This document shows, piece after piece, positions 10,360 to 23,200 of a stretch of 64,000 bases of DNA (positions within the stretch are counted from its first letter, which is position 1; every line of letters starts with the position of its first letter). Location of the stretch: positions 9,982,001-10,046,000 of the forward strand of contig JBHGNT010000006.1 of assembly GCA_043228905.1 (NCBI GenBank). The letters run 5' to 3'. The position numbers and the translations under genes were made by a program. The stretch is from Azolla caroliniana (Eukaryota > Plantae > Polypodiophyta). Under the pieces are notes generated by a model. That model worked only from the letters and a program-made list of their open reading frames with translations, searched no databases and was not told the DNA's origin.

Positions 10360-13177
10360 CTATATAGAATACAGGAAGGTTCCAGTTAGAAATGTTTGAT
10401 TAAACACTTGAAAATTGAAGCTATCTGTGTAATGAGTACCATCCCAGGATATGTAGTTTATTGGGTTCGGACAGACATACAATGATTCTGTCACATTTGA
10501 GCATTCGAAAATTGTGTCATTAAATCCGTATGGATATCTATTCCCAGCACCACAACAAGCATCGAAGGGATTGGTGAATCCTGCAATGCGAAGGGAAATG
10601 TTATGATTCAAAATCACGTACTTAAAGATTAATTTAGAGGGCATTATTTTCTTTACGTGATACCTTAATCTGATAATTTATTTACAAGTATAAAACATGT
10701 ACGACTATCCAAATTAGTGTAAATTGCCAAATACTTGAGGCATGGGATTAGTGTCAAGCATTACTTATTCGAAAAGAGTCAGGTTTGTTTGTTTTCAAAA
10801 TGGGAGTAGTCGTCGTAATCAATAATAATAAACTAATGTATCATTTTTTAGCTTGTATTACACAAGTGTAATGGGATAAAGTATGCATAATTGGGACATC
10901 CCACAACGAACTACATGTATTACATACATATATGTAAGTCTTTAGGAATGAGCACATCATCTAGGGCAAATATGCCAAAATGACAACATAGGAATATACC
11001 ATTGCAAATGTGAACCTCCCAATGTAAATTTTACTACTGGCATTAGTGTCGTTAACACATTTTGAAACTTGGTCACATAAAGTTAGGTGTTAAGGTAGCA
11101 TCATGGCATCATCACCCTAGTGTGAAGAATGCAATGAAAACCTACTAGTAGTGTCAGAGGATGATGATGATGAATATTACTTACTTCTTGCATGCTCAGT
11201 GAATAAGATAATTCACGAGAATGACTCGAAACTAGATGTGCATGACAATTTAAGAGTCATACGCAAATAGCCACCTATGGGAACACGTGCATGTTTTCAT
11301 TTACTACGGAGTCATAGCCCCCCCCCCCTTCTTCTGAAAGAGAAACATATAAGATGATTATTAGATATGTTTATTTGGTTCCATACCTTGGATGCTAGAA
11401 AACCTAGTCTAGTCTTCTCTATATGGTATTGATCTATCTTGCTAGATATAGTAGATACATTTCCCTTATTGGCCGATATCATTACCTATTGTACATGACA
11501 ATGATGAATAACATACGCTTGAAATGTATGGATGGAAGTGCATGATTACCAAACTCGTCTCTATGGTCAATGATATAGTGGGTGGCCGAGTACAAATCAA
11601 CAAAGTTGTAATTGGCGTCGGGGTGTAGTTGGTGAAGGTTTTCAAGCATCGCGAGCGTTTGTTGGCCACTGTTCCACGAGATGTCGTCAATGGGCTTAAC
11701 ACAGCCACGGGAATCTCGGGGCATATTCGGGAAAAGGGCCAATGTGACAGAATGGCATCCTTGGGCTCCCACGCTGACGACCACAAACTTCTTGGCATCC
11801 CCTCCATTGTAGAGTGTCTGTCTTTCATGGTTATCAGCCAAAAGCATTTGAACAACAAAATAAAACCCAAGGTTTTAGGTCAATTCTCAATTATTGGACT
11901 CCCTAACGGAGGGAGGGAGCAACCACTTTTATATGCCCATACATACATACATACATACATTATAATTTATACATATATATATATATACCTTTAGGGCCTT
12001 CCTCAAATTAAAAGTCACACTAACTAATACATAATGATGTCTCTAAAATAAATACAAATATATAAGAAGTGGAGAACCCAACATTACAATTTACAATAAT
12101 ATAGTAAGTAGTATGTAGTATGTATAAATAAATCATCATTATATATATATATTGATTTATACCTCCAACGCTATTCGTATTTCGTCCACAACGAGGGGCA
12201 CAATTGTGGCATTTACCAGCTCCGGAGAAGAATAAGCGACATCAGACTCGTTAATCCTGTAATCTAATCCTCCGATCTCTATCACGTACAGTGCGTCGCC
12301 CAGTGATTCAACAGTGGGTAACCGTTTCCGACGTTCTTGGCTCTCATCTTTCTGTTTCTGGAGCTCCAACAGCATCATCCTCGTTGATGAGGAGGATGTG
12401 GTTCTGTTGTTGTACACCTCATGAACGAGGTCCAGGTGCCATGCGACCTGCGTCGCCAGCGGAAATGGCATTGATGCTAAGGCGGTTGCCCCAGGGATCG
12501 CATAATTTGCGCCATGCTCAAAGTTGAGGAAGACGTTAAGCCATGGATTTACAGGCGGAAGCCCCAGATGCTCGGCTGCACAGCACAGCACAGCACACAG
12601 CACACAGACAGATATATATATATATATAAACAACAAATAGTCCAGATAGGCATCAGAAAATATAAATATAGACTTGCAGACTGACTAGCCTGCTACATAT
12701 ATATAGATAGATATATATCATTCAACTCACTGAGATGGATGCATTCATTCCTTCATGAGCCGGTGTACAATAATAATAATATATGAGTTATATACCTAGG
12801 AAGTCGGAGACAAAGATCCGACCGTCAGAGAATCGGCCATCGGGATATCCAGGGAATGTCTTCCCGAAAGGAGGAATGAAGGCGGTGCGATGGTTAACAA
12901 ACCATCCGTTCCCAGTATCGCTCTGCGAGTCACCGAATACGAAAACTGCCGGAATGTTGTTGTTGTTGTTGTTGTTGTTGTTGGCACCTCCTCCTCCTCC
13001 AAAAGAAGGCATAGTTACAGCTGATGATGATATAATGCGGGCATCAGCAACAACAATAACAGATTCAGCACTAAGGATGGAGGGTGGTGGTAAGAGTAGA
13101 AGAATTAGCAGATTCACATGAGGAGGGAGTAGGAGTAGTAGTAGGGTGCGACTTCTACCACTATTCTGGCCTCCCAT
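10360..13177 (-). CDS. GDSL/SGNH esterase-lipase, 4 exons: 13177-12796, 12575-12163, 11817-11550, 10580-10360 (427 aa)
   Basis: GT-AG introns with consistent phases (1,0,1) give 1284 nt = 428 codons. Hydrophobic N-terminus. Motifs FVFGDSQSDTGN, GRFSDGR, GANYAIPGA, EIGGLDY, ACCG, WDGTHYT. Confidence 0.93.
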
Positions 13178-14469
13178 TTTCTATTATAGATCCACGAGAT
13201 AGCAGCTATGATGCACGCCGCATGGCCTGTATTATACATACATACATATACAATCCTCAAACACATAGACAGAGAGAGAGAGAGAGAGAGAGACGGCAGA
13301 AAAAGGGAATGGAGTATACGTGGATGTAATTTCCGTTTAAATGTGGTTGGTGGGTGAGACTGATTTCCTGAGTGTATGAAAAGGGCACTATGTATGTATG
13401 TATATATGTATGAGGTACTATATATATTACCCAGCAGCAATGATCTATCTATCTAAATTATGTGGCTTTATAAAGCGTAACGTTCCATCCATCAGATAGA
13501 TTGGATAGGTTTGGGTGGGTTTTATACAAAAAAGATTTGGCACACAAATTTAAACGAGGAACATGTGGTTGCTTGCTTTTAATAAATTTGTACGAGGAGA
13601 GGGAGGGAGGCTGCTGTTTCTCCGTCCCTCTTTTTTTTTTTTCACTACATACTCTTTTCTTCTCTTTTTGGCGAGCTACTAGAGTGGTGAGTGGCTGAGT
13701 GTGTGTGTGTTTTGTCCCTAAACCGGCTGCTAATTCATTTTGCGTTACTTCCTTGGTTCAAGCTTCCATGGAAGGATGGAAGGACGGGTGGCGCAGTAGT
13801 AACTGCTGATGATATATTTATTATGTATGTATGTATGCATGATATGATATGATATGATATGATATGCGACTGAGAGTAACAACTACATAGTATACATGTA
13901 CATACTAATACTCCCTCCCTCCAGTCCATGCATATATGCATAGTAATAAGAGCAATCATGCCCAAGAACCGCCCTAATTATCATTGTGATGGGTTTGTTT
14001 GAAAAAATTAGTCATCCCTCACGTCTTCAATCAATCTACATCCATAACTTTATATGCATTCTTTGGAAACTTTCTTTTCGCGGATCAAAGGGAACGTAAA
14101 GCCAACTAAATGCACGACACTCTCTCCACACGCAACTTTATTGTCCACAAGAAACGTGAAATACCATCCATTATGTGATTGAATATGATGGGGTGGTAAA
14201 TAATTAGCCACTCATTCCTTGAAATTCTTGTAGAAGTGTCGTATTCTTGTTTAAATGACCAACATAGAAACCTCCATGAGGCTGTCACTAAACAAACATT
14301 TCATCAAACTATTAACGCGCTCCAATGCACACTGCCGAAGTTAGATAGTAGTAAGGGTGGAATCAGAACAACAAAAGAGTGTTAAGACTTATTTAAAATT
14401 ACTACCCTTCCATTTTTCACACATCCATAATATAATTGTTGTAGATGATGCCCTACATCCAAATTCCAA

Positions 14470-14500
<31 letters not shown>

Positions 14501-14657
14501 ACCACAAAAGTGGTTGAGATGTGGGGATACCAAGTAGGAGGATAGTTGGTTATGACATGTTCATAAAAAAAAGGTCATTTACGTGCACACACACACACTT
14601 GAAGTTATTTTGTATTTGGGACGATCTCGACGTTCTATTGTGGTGCCATTGAGATGG

Positions 14658-14659
<2 letters not shown>

Positions 14660-14718
<59 letters not shown>
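14660..14718 (+). repeat. (GA)n microsatellite at the 3' end of the RTE-type LINE
   Basis: Seen directly. Confidence 0.95.
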
Positions 14719-14723
<5 letters not shown>

Positions 14724-17700
14724 TATATTAACATCTTCTAAGGCCAAATTTGGCCCATGAGACAATTGGTTTACAACAAAAATGAGTGTTTATCCAATCA
14801 TCAAAACTAAAATAAAAGAAAATAGCTTAAGCTAAGAGAGTTCTAGTAGTGTACAAAACTTTGCACTAAGCCTAATCTCATTTCCACCCAAGTCTCTCAA
14901 AAAGAAGTGGGAGGTCAAAAGTTTTTGGTGTGGGTGTGACCCATGGTCCCGATGCATAGAGTGCCCTAGCCATGGCTTCTAGGCGGTGTAGTTCACGTTC
15001 CCTTATTTTCTTTATTGCTTCTACATCTCGTCGAGTTGCTTTGAAACCCGGCATCCAAGGGCGTTTGGTTCTTCTTTGATTTTCTGCTTCATCAAGGAAA
15101 AGCCCGAGTGGTGCAAGTGTGTCGACATTCATTGTCTCCCCCTGTTCTTGAAAAAGTTCATTTGTTACATGTTGGTAAACATTAGCAACATTATTATCAA
15201 CGTTTTGTAACTTATTCTCTCTATGTTGTTTCAATTCTAAGATGTATCTACCTAATTTCTTTATATCTAGTGTATCTAATAGTTTAGGGAGGGTGGGAGA
15301 GGAACCAAGTATGTCTTGGTATTTTGCCCTTATCTCGGCATAGGTGGGGCATTTGCATGTAAAATGGTACTCATCCTCTATCTCTATGTGGCATAACCTA
15401 CATATCCTTTCCTCCCTAGGGACTCCATTAGTACATCCATTCTCAATCTCAAGTTGGTGAGATGATATTCTAAGTTGACCAATGGCAACCCTTAGTGCAT
15501 GTGGTAAGAATACATCTAGATATCTTGGTCGCATGATAAAACCTAACTTAGAGAAGTGCATAAAGTGTTCCTTATAGTACGACATTTTAGATGGGAGTGG
15601 CTCTAGTGGGGTGATCCATTTATACCGAGTATAAATTTGCCATATTTCTTGGCGTATTACTTTATTACGGTCCTCATGAGAGATTAAAGTGTTATCAGTC
15701 GTGTGGTCGTACTTAAGGGGGGGGAGGTTATTAATGTCTAGACCGTTGGCAAGAAGCCAACCCACCATCATGCCATACCATGAGCTAGTAGAGCCGGACT
15801 CATACAGTGCTCAAAAAAGCCTTAAAGGCTTGATGGGATATTCTATCAAGTGGTTGGTTATGTATCCTGTGGATAAAGACTACAAATTGAAAAAGTGCTT
15901 CTACTAACATAGGGGGTAGAGTGAACTCAGCCCTAATAATGTCATGTGGGACCGACGATTTGCTTCGGAGTTGGCGTGATAACATCATCACCAATGGTCT
16001 CTCTAATTGCATCCACATGAAAGATAGTAGTCTTGGAGCCCAAACCGTTGATGCATACATGAGAGAGGGAGTCACTAATAAGTCAAAGAGCCACCCTTTA
16101 GTTCGTGGCTCTTGGAAGTATGCTTGGTGGCATTGTCTCTCGAGGAGTGAGAGGGATGCATGTCGTCTTGTAAGTCTATCCTTCGCTGCTTGTGTCATTG
16201 AAAATTTACCTGAGCGGGCACTGAAAGTGACTTCGAGATAGACATATGATCCAACCACCTCAACTAGGCTATGGGAGATAGTTAGGTGACACTTAGCTCT
16301 AACTTGGGCCGACGTGTGGAAGATAAGGACTTTAGTTTTCCCTAGATTCACTACCAATCCTCGTTGTGTGCAAAAGTCATCTAAGGCATTAAGGTGCCTT
16401 TGTAGGTCGTGTTCGGATTCAGAGAGCAAAACTATGTCGTCTGCATAGAGCAAGATACGCACCTGCGTATCCCCAAGGACTACTCCATTGCCTCCCTTAC
16501 GAGCAATAAAATCTGTGATCTCATCAATGTAGATCCCAAAAAGAGTTGGAGATAAGGGGCAACCTTGTTTTACACCAATAGTGCTAGTGAAACTATCGGA
16601 TATGCCACCTGGGCATCGAACACACCTGGACACTTGTTTATATAGTGCGTAGATGGCCCAAACCATGTCATCTGGTATCCTCAAGCTCTTAAGCCTATCA
16701 AACAAACGCTCTCTAGGGACCGTGTCAAAGGCTTTGCGGAAGTCCACAAAACAACAATATAGTTTCTTCTTGTGAGCCTTAGTCTAGTCAATTAAGCATC
16801 TAAGTGTGAAGATATGATCAATTGGGGAGAAGGCTCGTCGAAAGCCAGCCTGTTCAGGTGCACGAAGATTTAAGGTCTCCATATAATCGCTAAGCTCTGC
16901 CTCCATTACTATACCATATAATTTAGCAAGGGTATGACCTATCATAATGGTCCTATAAGTATTTGGGTCCATGGGGTCCCCCCCTTTATGTATGGGGGCC
17001 ACTGTGTTCATGGTCCATTGTGGTGGAAAACCCTCTGCGAGGGCACGATTGAAGATTAGAGTTAGCAAGGGAGCTAGGCACTCTCTCGCATACATAAAGG
17101 GGTCCATGGACTTCCTATGTTGTAAATTCTTTATGACCTTCGTGACCCTAGAGGTCATGAAGAGTGTCCCCACAGTAGGTCGGGGTGTAGAAGGCATTGG
17201 AATGGGTGGTTGATTTGGGATTTGGTAGAGTCTCTCTGTATAAGTGTGCCAAGTTTCGGGATCTTCGGTGGGTGTTTGTGGTCTTGGTTCCCGTAATCTC
17301 TTCCATGCAGTGGCACAATCGCTACTCATGAGCATATGGTAGAGTTCCCAATATTGGGATGCCTCCCATGCTCGTCTCTTACGACATGTCATCTTGCGCA
17401 TTTCTTTACGAGCTTGTATTGAGGAAATACTACCACTGATTTGCGATATTGTAAGTTGTCTATGTAAGCACCTAGAATCCTCATCATACCATCTATTTTG
17501 TGGCATAGATCCTACTTTACCTTGATTGGAGTGTTTCGTGTATGGGAAACTGCTAATTGCTGCAGAGTGAAGGATGTGTGTGAGTTTCATACTAAGGCTC
17601 TCTAAAGGTAGGGAGGGATCAAGGGAGGAGAGATGGGCTTGAACATGTTGAGCATATATGTCAAAGAGCTCATGTGTGAAATGTATTGTGATGTCATGGC

Positions 17701-18608
17701 GTGGTTGACTAGAGTTGGTGACGTTAGAGATATCACATTTTAGCTCGAAGTATAAGAAACTATGGTCCGCGCCAATAAGACATGGGGCCACTCGGAAGGA
17801 GTTAATCATGTGGGTAACTTTAGGACGTCCTATTAGATAATCAACCGTGCTTTCCCCTCCTCCATGTGGGAAACATGTGAGCTCTTCCAAACCTGGCCAC
17901 TTGGCTAAACCATTATATATGACCATCTAGTGCCAACTGCCAAGTTCGAGCAAATGATGGTCAAAGCTCGTGGCGTCCGCACCTTGATCCTTTGATCTAC
18001 GTGTGGTGTCTATGTCTAAAGGATCGACATTTACCATTTCTAGGTTTCTATTCATTTGAAATATTGTGCATTGTCGGGATTGGGTTCTCGCATTAAAGTC
18101 TCCTACAAGGAATACTTCTCCTTGGGAAGAATATCGGATTATGTCATCCTATAGAGGTTCATATGGGGAAGGCCCATGTGGCACTCCATCATCAACTAAT
18201 CTCGCCTCGCCAGCTAGATTATAACGAGAGCCTTTCGGGGGGAAGTAACAAATGGCGAAAAATATTGCCTTGTCCTTGGTTGTGGAGACTTTCACCCACA
18301 TAAAACAAGCTTCTAGGTCTGTGCTCAGTATTTCTATCGTATTATGTAGCTCCCTCCGAAACAATATTGCAACACCTCCAAATCCCCTGGTAGTGCATCG
18401 ACGTGAGGTTTGTCTAAAAGCCAACTCCTAACGAAATCCTTCGACTCGTGGGAGTCCCCTATTTGGGCTTTGGTGTGTTTCTACTAGGCAAACTATATTT
18501 GATTCCTTTAATATCTCCTCTAGGCGGCCAGGGTGTGTCCAGAGTGCGCCGTTACAATTCCATAAGGTCATCCTAAGTGTGTTTTCTATCACATGGGCCA
18601 CACGCCCA

Positions 18609-18610
<2 letters not shown>
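14719..18610 (-). mobile_element. Near full-length single-ORF non-LTR retrotransposon (APE + RT + C-terminal Cys/His finger), RTE/RTEX-like, pseudogenised
   Basis: ORF from ATG 18571 to stop 14878. APE motifs WNCNG, LVETH, GGVAIL, GDFNART, DHS. RT motifs DFRKAFDTV, GVKQGCPLSPTLF, YADD. C-terminal CRLC...EDEYHFTCKC. A few stops and one frameshift near 15830. Confidence 0.88.
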
Positions 18611-18643
<33 letters not shown>

Positions 18644-19479
18644 ACAATTTTAGAGAGGAACTTCTTCTACTGTTATATTTCATGTCCCATGGGTGGGGTT
18701 TTTATATGTACATTGTTAGCTGGTCGGATCGACCAGTTAAGCTAGTCAAAATATATAGGTCGACAAACTAGTATAATGATAGTCGAAATAGTAGTCGTAG
18801 TCATAGTCATCGTCGTAGTAGACAAACGTGAAAGGAGATAGTCGAACAATTATTATTATCGCCAAGTAGGAAAAATAGGACAATGGTAACTGTAGGTTCT
18901 TGCCGAACGACAATTGTAATATATTGGTAAAGTCTCTCAGGCCACCTGCAAAATAGGGTCGAGAGCATTGTAACAATATCGGTATGTATTGCTATAAGTT
19001 TTCAATATAATTTTGCTAATTAGAGTATATTCTATGTCTTGAAGTACTATTTCGTGTCTTGAATTTCTCTTACTCTGAATACGTATAGTTGATCATCGAT
19101 CGTACTTTAGTTAGTATTTTCGTAACAACAGTGATTAAGTATGGTAATCTGAGTATATGTGTTTATGTTGATTGTGTTTAAGTAATCATTTAGTAGAGTC
19201 GACCGACTCCAATCTCCAACCACAATCTCATTGACAGAACGACTCTATATGTGAGTTGTTCGATCCTTTGTATCTGTTGACCAAGACAACAGAAATTTTG
19301 GCACGCCTGGTGGGACGACAACTGCACATAATCACAGATCTCAGAATGCAAATTAATGTTCAATAAGGCATTTGTATATAGCATTATGAATGATTCAATA
19401 GGGGCCTTGAGCAGTGTTGGGAAGAATTAGACTTGGAGCAACAACGTTTTAGCCAGTAACTGCAAATGCTCAATGAAGC

Positions 19480-19980
19480 CCAAGAAAAAGAAAGAGATTG
19501 CATGGACACATTGGTTCAACTGATCAAAGCCCAACATGATCATAAATTTGATACCTTGAACGAGTAGATTAAGGCGCTAGAACATCAGTTGGGTTTAGGC
19601 AATGGGCGAATTTGGTTGATCATCCAAGCATAGAGACAATGGATGAATAAGTGGGTCGCCGAAACATTAGACAAAGGGTGGAAAGACTAGTCTAAGCCTG
19701 TGGCCGAACTTCAGTTATTTCATGCCGACCAAGAAAACCGACAAAAGGAAGGCCACGACTTTTAGAAGCTCGACGAGGCAAGCATCACTTCCATTCGTTA
19801 AGAGATGTTAGAGGACTTTCAAGCTCTCGCTCAAGGCCATTGTACTGAAATTTGGAGGATGTTGGAGGAATTTGAAGACGACCACCTCCAACTTGCTTTC
19901 GCTCCCGAAACATACAAAAAGGAGTGCCTACACGCTAACAAAGACGAAAGAGAGGACGAAGACACGGTCACCGACTGACT
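19480..19980 (+). pseudogene. Degenerate homolog of the orphan ORF at 1-1987
   Basis: VAELQLFHADQENRQKEG...TSIR*EMLEDFQALA...IW aligns without gaps to TAELQLLQEDVENRQKEG...TAIRDELAEDFQVLA...VW. Confidence 0.7.
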
Positions 19981-20294
19981 GCCGACACCACCATTGGAAC
20001 CGGGGACACAATCAAAAGGGTTAAGAACAACTGATGGAGGCAACATTAGATATCAAACCGGAAGCAACTATCCTAGAGGAACCAAGGCCATAGCCTTTTG
20101 AGACACCACACCTTCCTAGTCCCCAACCGGCCGACAATCAAGAGGAGCCACTAGTTGAAACCACTCAAAACGGCTAGCAAGCTGAATAGGACCCCGTACC
20201 AACGGCACAACCAAAGGAAGCAAAAGATATAGGCCAGTCGGCACCAGCACAGCAACAAGAGCCGGAGGAGGAGAAACAAGATAAAGATGAGCAA

Positions 20295-23200
20295 TATTAG
20301 AGATCTAGGTACTAAAGTAAGCTTAAGATAAGGATAAACTAATGATAGATAGAAAGGAGAAAGAGAAAGAAGGGTGTTGATCCACCCGACCACCCCCCGA
20401 GTGAAGGGATCAAGACGGACTCGAGCCTCGATCGTCGTCCCATACCTCGAGTTGTACCTGGTGCTGGCGCACTCGCTACAAGAGTTGACCCACCACAAGA
20501 GCAGAGTCTCGATGTAGTCAAAAGATGATTAAATGAGGGTAGCTAGGCCTCTTATTTATAGTGATACCCAAGGCCCCCAGGCAAGTTCACACTTGACCTA
20601 ATGGGTTGTCTCAATCCCGAGGATTAAAAGTAATCCTCCCCTTCTTTACACTCTCGTTTAACCCTCACACTTATCCACGTGTATAGAATACTACGGTAAA
20701 TTCTCACCACAGGATATTAAATGGTCATGCCCGTAACATACTCCCCTTCTTTAAAACATTGCACTCTTGCAATGGAAAGTTAGGGAAGTTTGTTCTTAGA
20801 GTATTCTCGCGTTCCCATGTGGCATCTTTGATAGATTTGTCCATCCATTTAATTTTAAATTATCGGATTTCTTTAGTACGTAAATTTTTTGTTTTAACAT
20901 CAAGAATTCTTTCTAGTACATGTGGTTTCGAAGATAAATCTTCAGAAGTAACCAGAGTTTCAGTTGTAATTGTGTTGTCGTCAGAACCTAGAAGTTCTTT
21001 TAGACGACTCACATGGAAGATTGGATGAATTCCAACACCATCGGGAAGAGCGAGACGATAGGCTGATGACCCAATGTGTTTGAGGATTGTAAACGGTCCA
21101 CAAAACCGTGGGGCTAACTTAGCGCACTTACCCGTAGACAATGTCTTAGAATTGTGAGGTACACGTAAAAATACCTTCTGTCCAGGGTTGAATACACGAG
21201 GTTGCCTATGATGGTCAGCATAAAAACGCGCTCTATCTTGAGCTATTTTTATATTATCTCGTGCAATATGCAACATATCTTGCATATCCCGAAGAAAGTT
21301 TTGCGTACTTTGCAACTCATCATGATGTATATTAACATCAATCGGGGCTCGTGGCTGAAAACCATACATCAACATAAAAGGACTATATCCCGTCGACGTA
21401 TGCTTGGAGTTGTTATAAGCAAACTCCAAAATTGGGAGATAACGTTCCCATTTTGTTGGTTTTGCAGCAACGTATGCTCGAAGCATGTCCTCAATAATTT
21501 GATTTACTCGTTCTATCTGTCCATCGGATTGAGGATGATCCGTGGAGCTCATGCTCAACGTAGTTTCTAACTTCTTAAAGACTTGCGTCCAGAAGTCACT
21601 AGTAAACTTTGGATCTCGATCACTCACGATATCCATCGATAACCCATAAAAACGAAATAATTCGTCAACGAATTGGTAAGCCAATTCAGGAGCTGTTACC
21701 GTGGTTTTAGTAGCAATAAATCTGGCCATTTTAGTTAGTCGATCAACAACAACCTAGATGGCATCATGACCTTTTTGGGTGCGAGGAAGGCTAACAATAA
21801 AATCCATGGATATACTTTCCCACTTATTATTGGGAATGTCCAAGGGATGTAAAAGTCTTGCGGCTTTAAGTTGCTCGGCTTTGTTAACCTGAAACTAGTG
21901 ACATTTAGTCACATAGCTATGTATATCAAGACGCATCTTAGGCCAATAAAATTGAGTGAAGATGAGAATGAGTGTACGATGTATTCCAGGGTGCCCTGTT
22001 GAGGGTGCATCATGGCATTAAAAAAGAATCCTCTTTTTGACCTCAGGTAAATTTGGAACACAAACCTTCCCATTACGATAGAGCAAACCGTTAGCAATGT
22101 GGAAGTATTCCTTCAAAGATGTGGTGGTGTCTGTTCCAGATTCAACTCTTGCCCAGTATTTTGCAAAATAACTATCATCAGGATACTTTCCTCGAAGGTG
22201 ATCATAAAGATCTGATGTTATTTCAATGAAGCTAAGCATGTTAACTTCACGGATGCGACTTAGTGCATCAACGACAGTGTTCATGGAACCTTTACGATAT
22301 CGTATGAAAAAATCAAAGTCCTGGATGAGATCAGCCCATCGTGCCTTACGACCTTTCAGGTCTTGTTGGTCACAAAAATATTTCAAGGACTCGTGGTCCA
22401 TAGTTACCACAAAGCGATTTCCATAAAGATAATGGCGCCATGTTTTGAGCGCATGTATAACTGCAAATAATTCCTTTTCTTGAACCGTATACCGACATTG
22501 AGTAGAATCAAGTTTCTTACTCTCGAATGCTATTGGTTTACCATCTTGATACAAGACAGCACCTATAGCATAATCGCTTGCATCGGTTTCAACCTCAAAA
22601 GGTTTTGAAGGATCAGGTAAAAGAAGTGAAGGAGCCTTGCAAACCAGGTCCTTGAGTTCCTTAAAGGTGAGGTCTAGTGTAGCATTCCACACAATAGGTT
22701 TTGTAGACTTACGTGTTTGACCTTTTAAAAGATCAGTAAACGGCGTCGTCAATTGGGAGTAATTACGAAGAGACTTTCTCAAAAACCCGACAAAACCAAG
22801 GAATGATCGAACTTCTCGAATATTCCGAAGAGTGGGCCAAAACTTGATTTTCTCAATGTGAGAAGGATCAATTTCAACTCCTTGTTCGGTTATGAGATGT
22901 CCTAGATAAGTAATTGATTTCTTGAAGAACTCACATTTTGAGATCTTCGCATAAACTGTTTGTCCCGCAATGTTTGTAAAACAAAGCGAACATGTCTAGC
23001 ATGTTCTTTTAATGTACGACTATAAACTAAAATATCATCCAAGAAAATAACGACAAATTTTCCAAGTTGTTCTCGGAAAATGTCATTCATTTCTTGTTGA
23101 AAAGTAGCCGGAGCATTGGTCAAACCAAAAGGCATAACCAAAAACTCGTAATGGCCATAACGCATACGACATGCCGTTTTAGGAACATCATCCTCACTTA

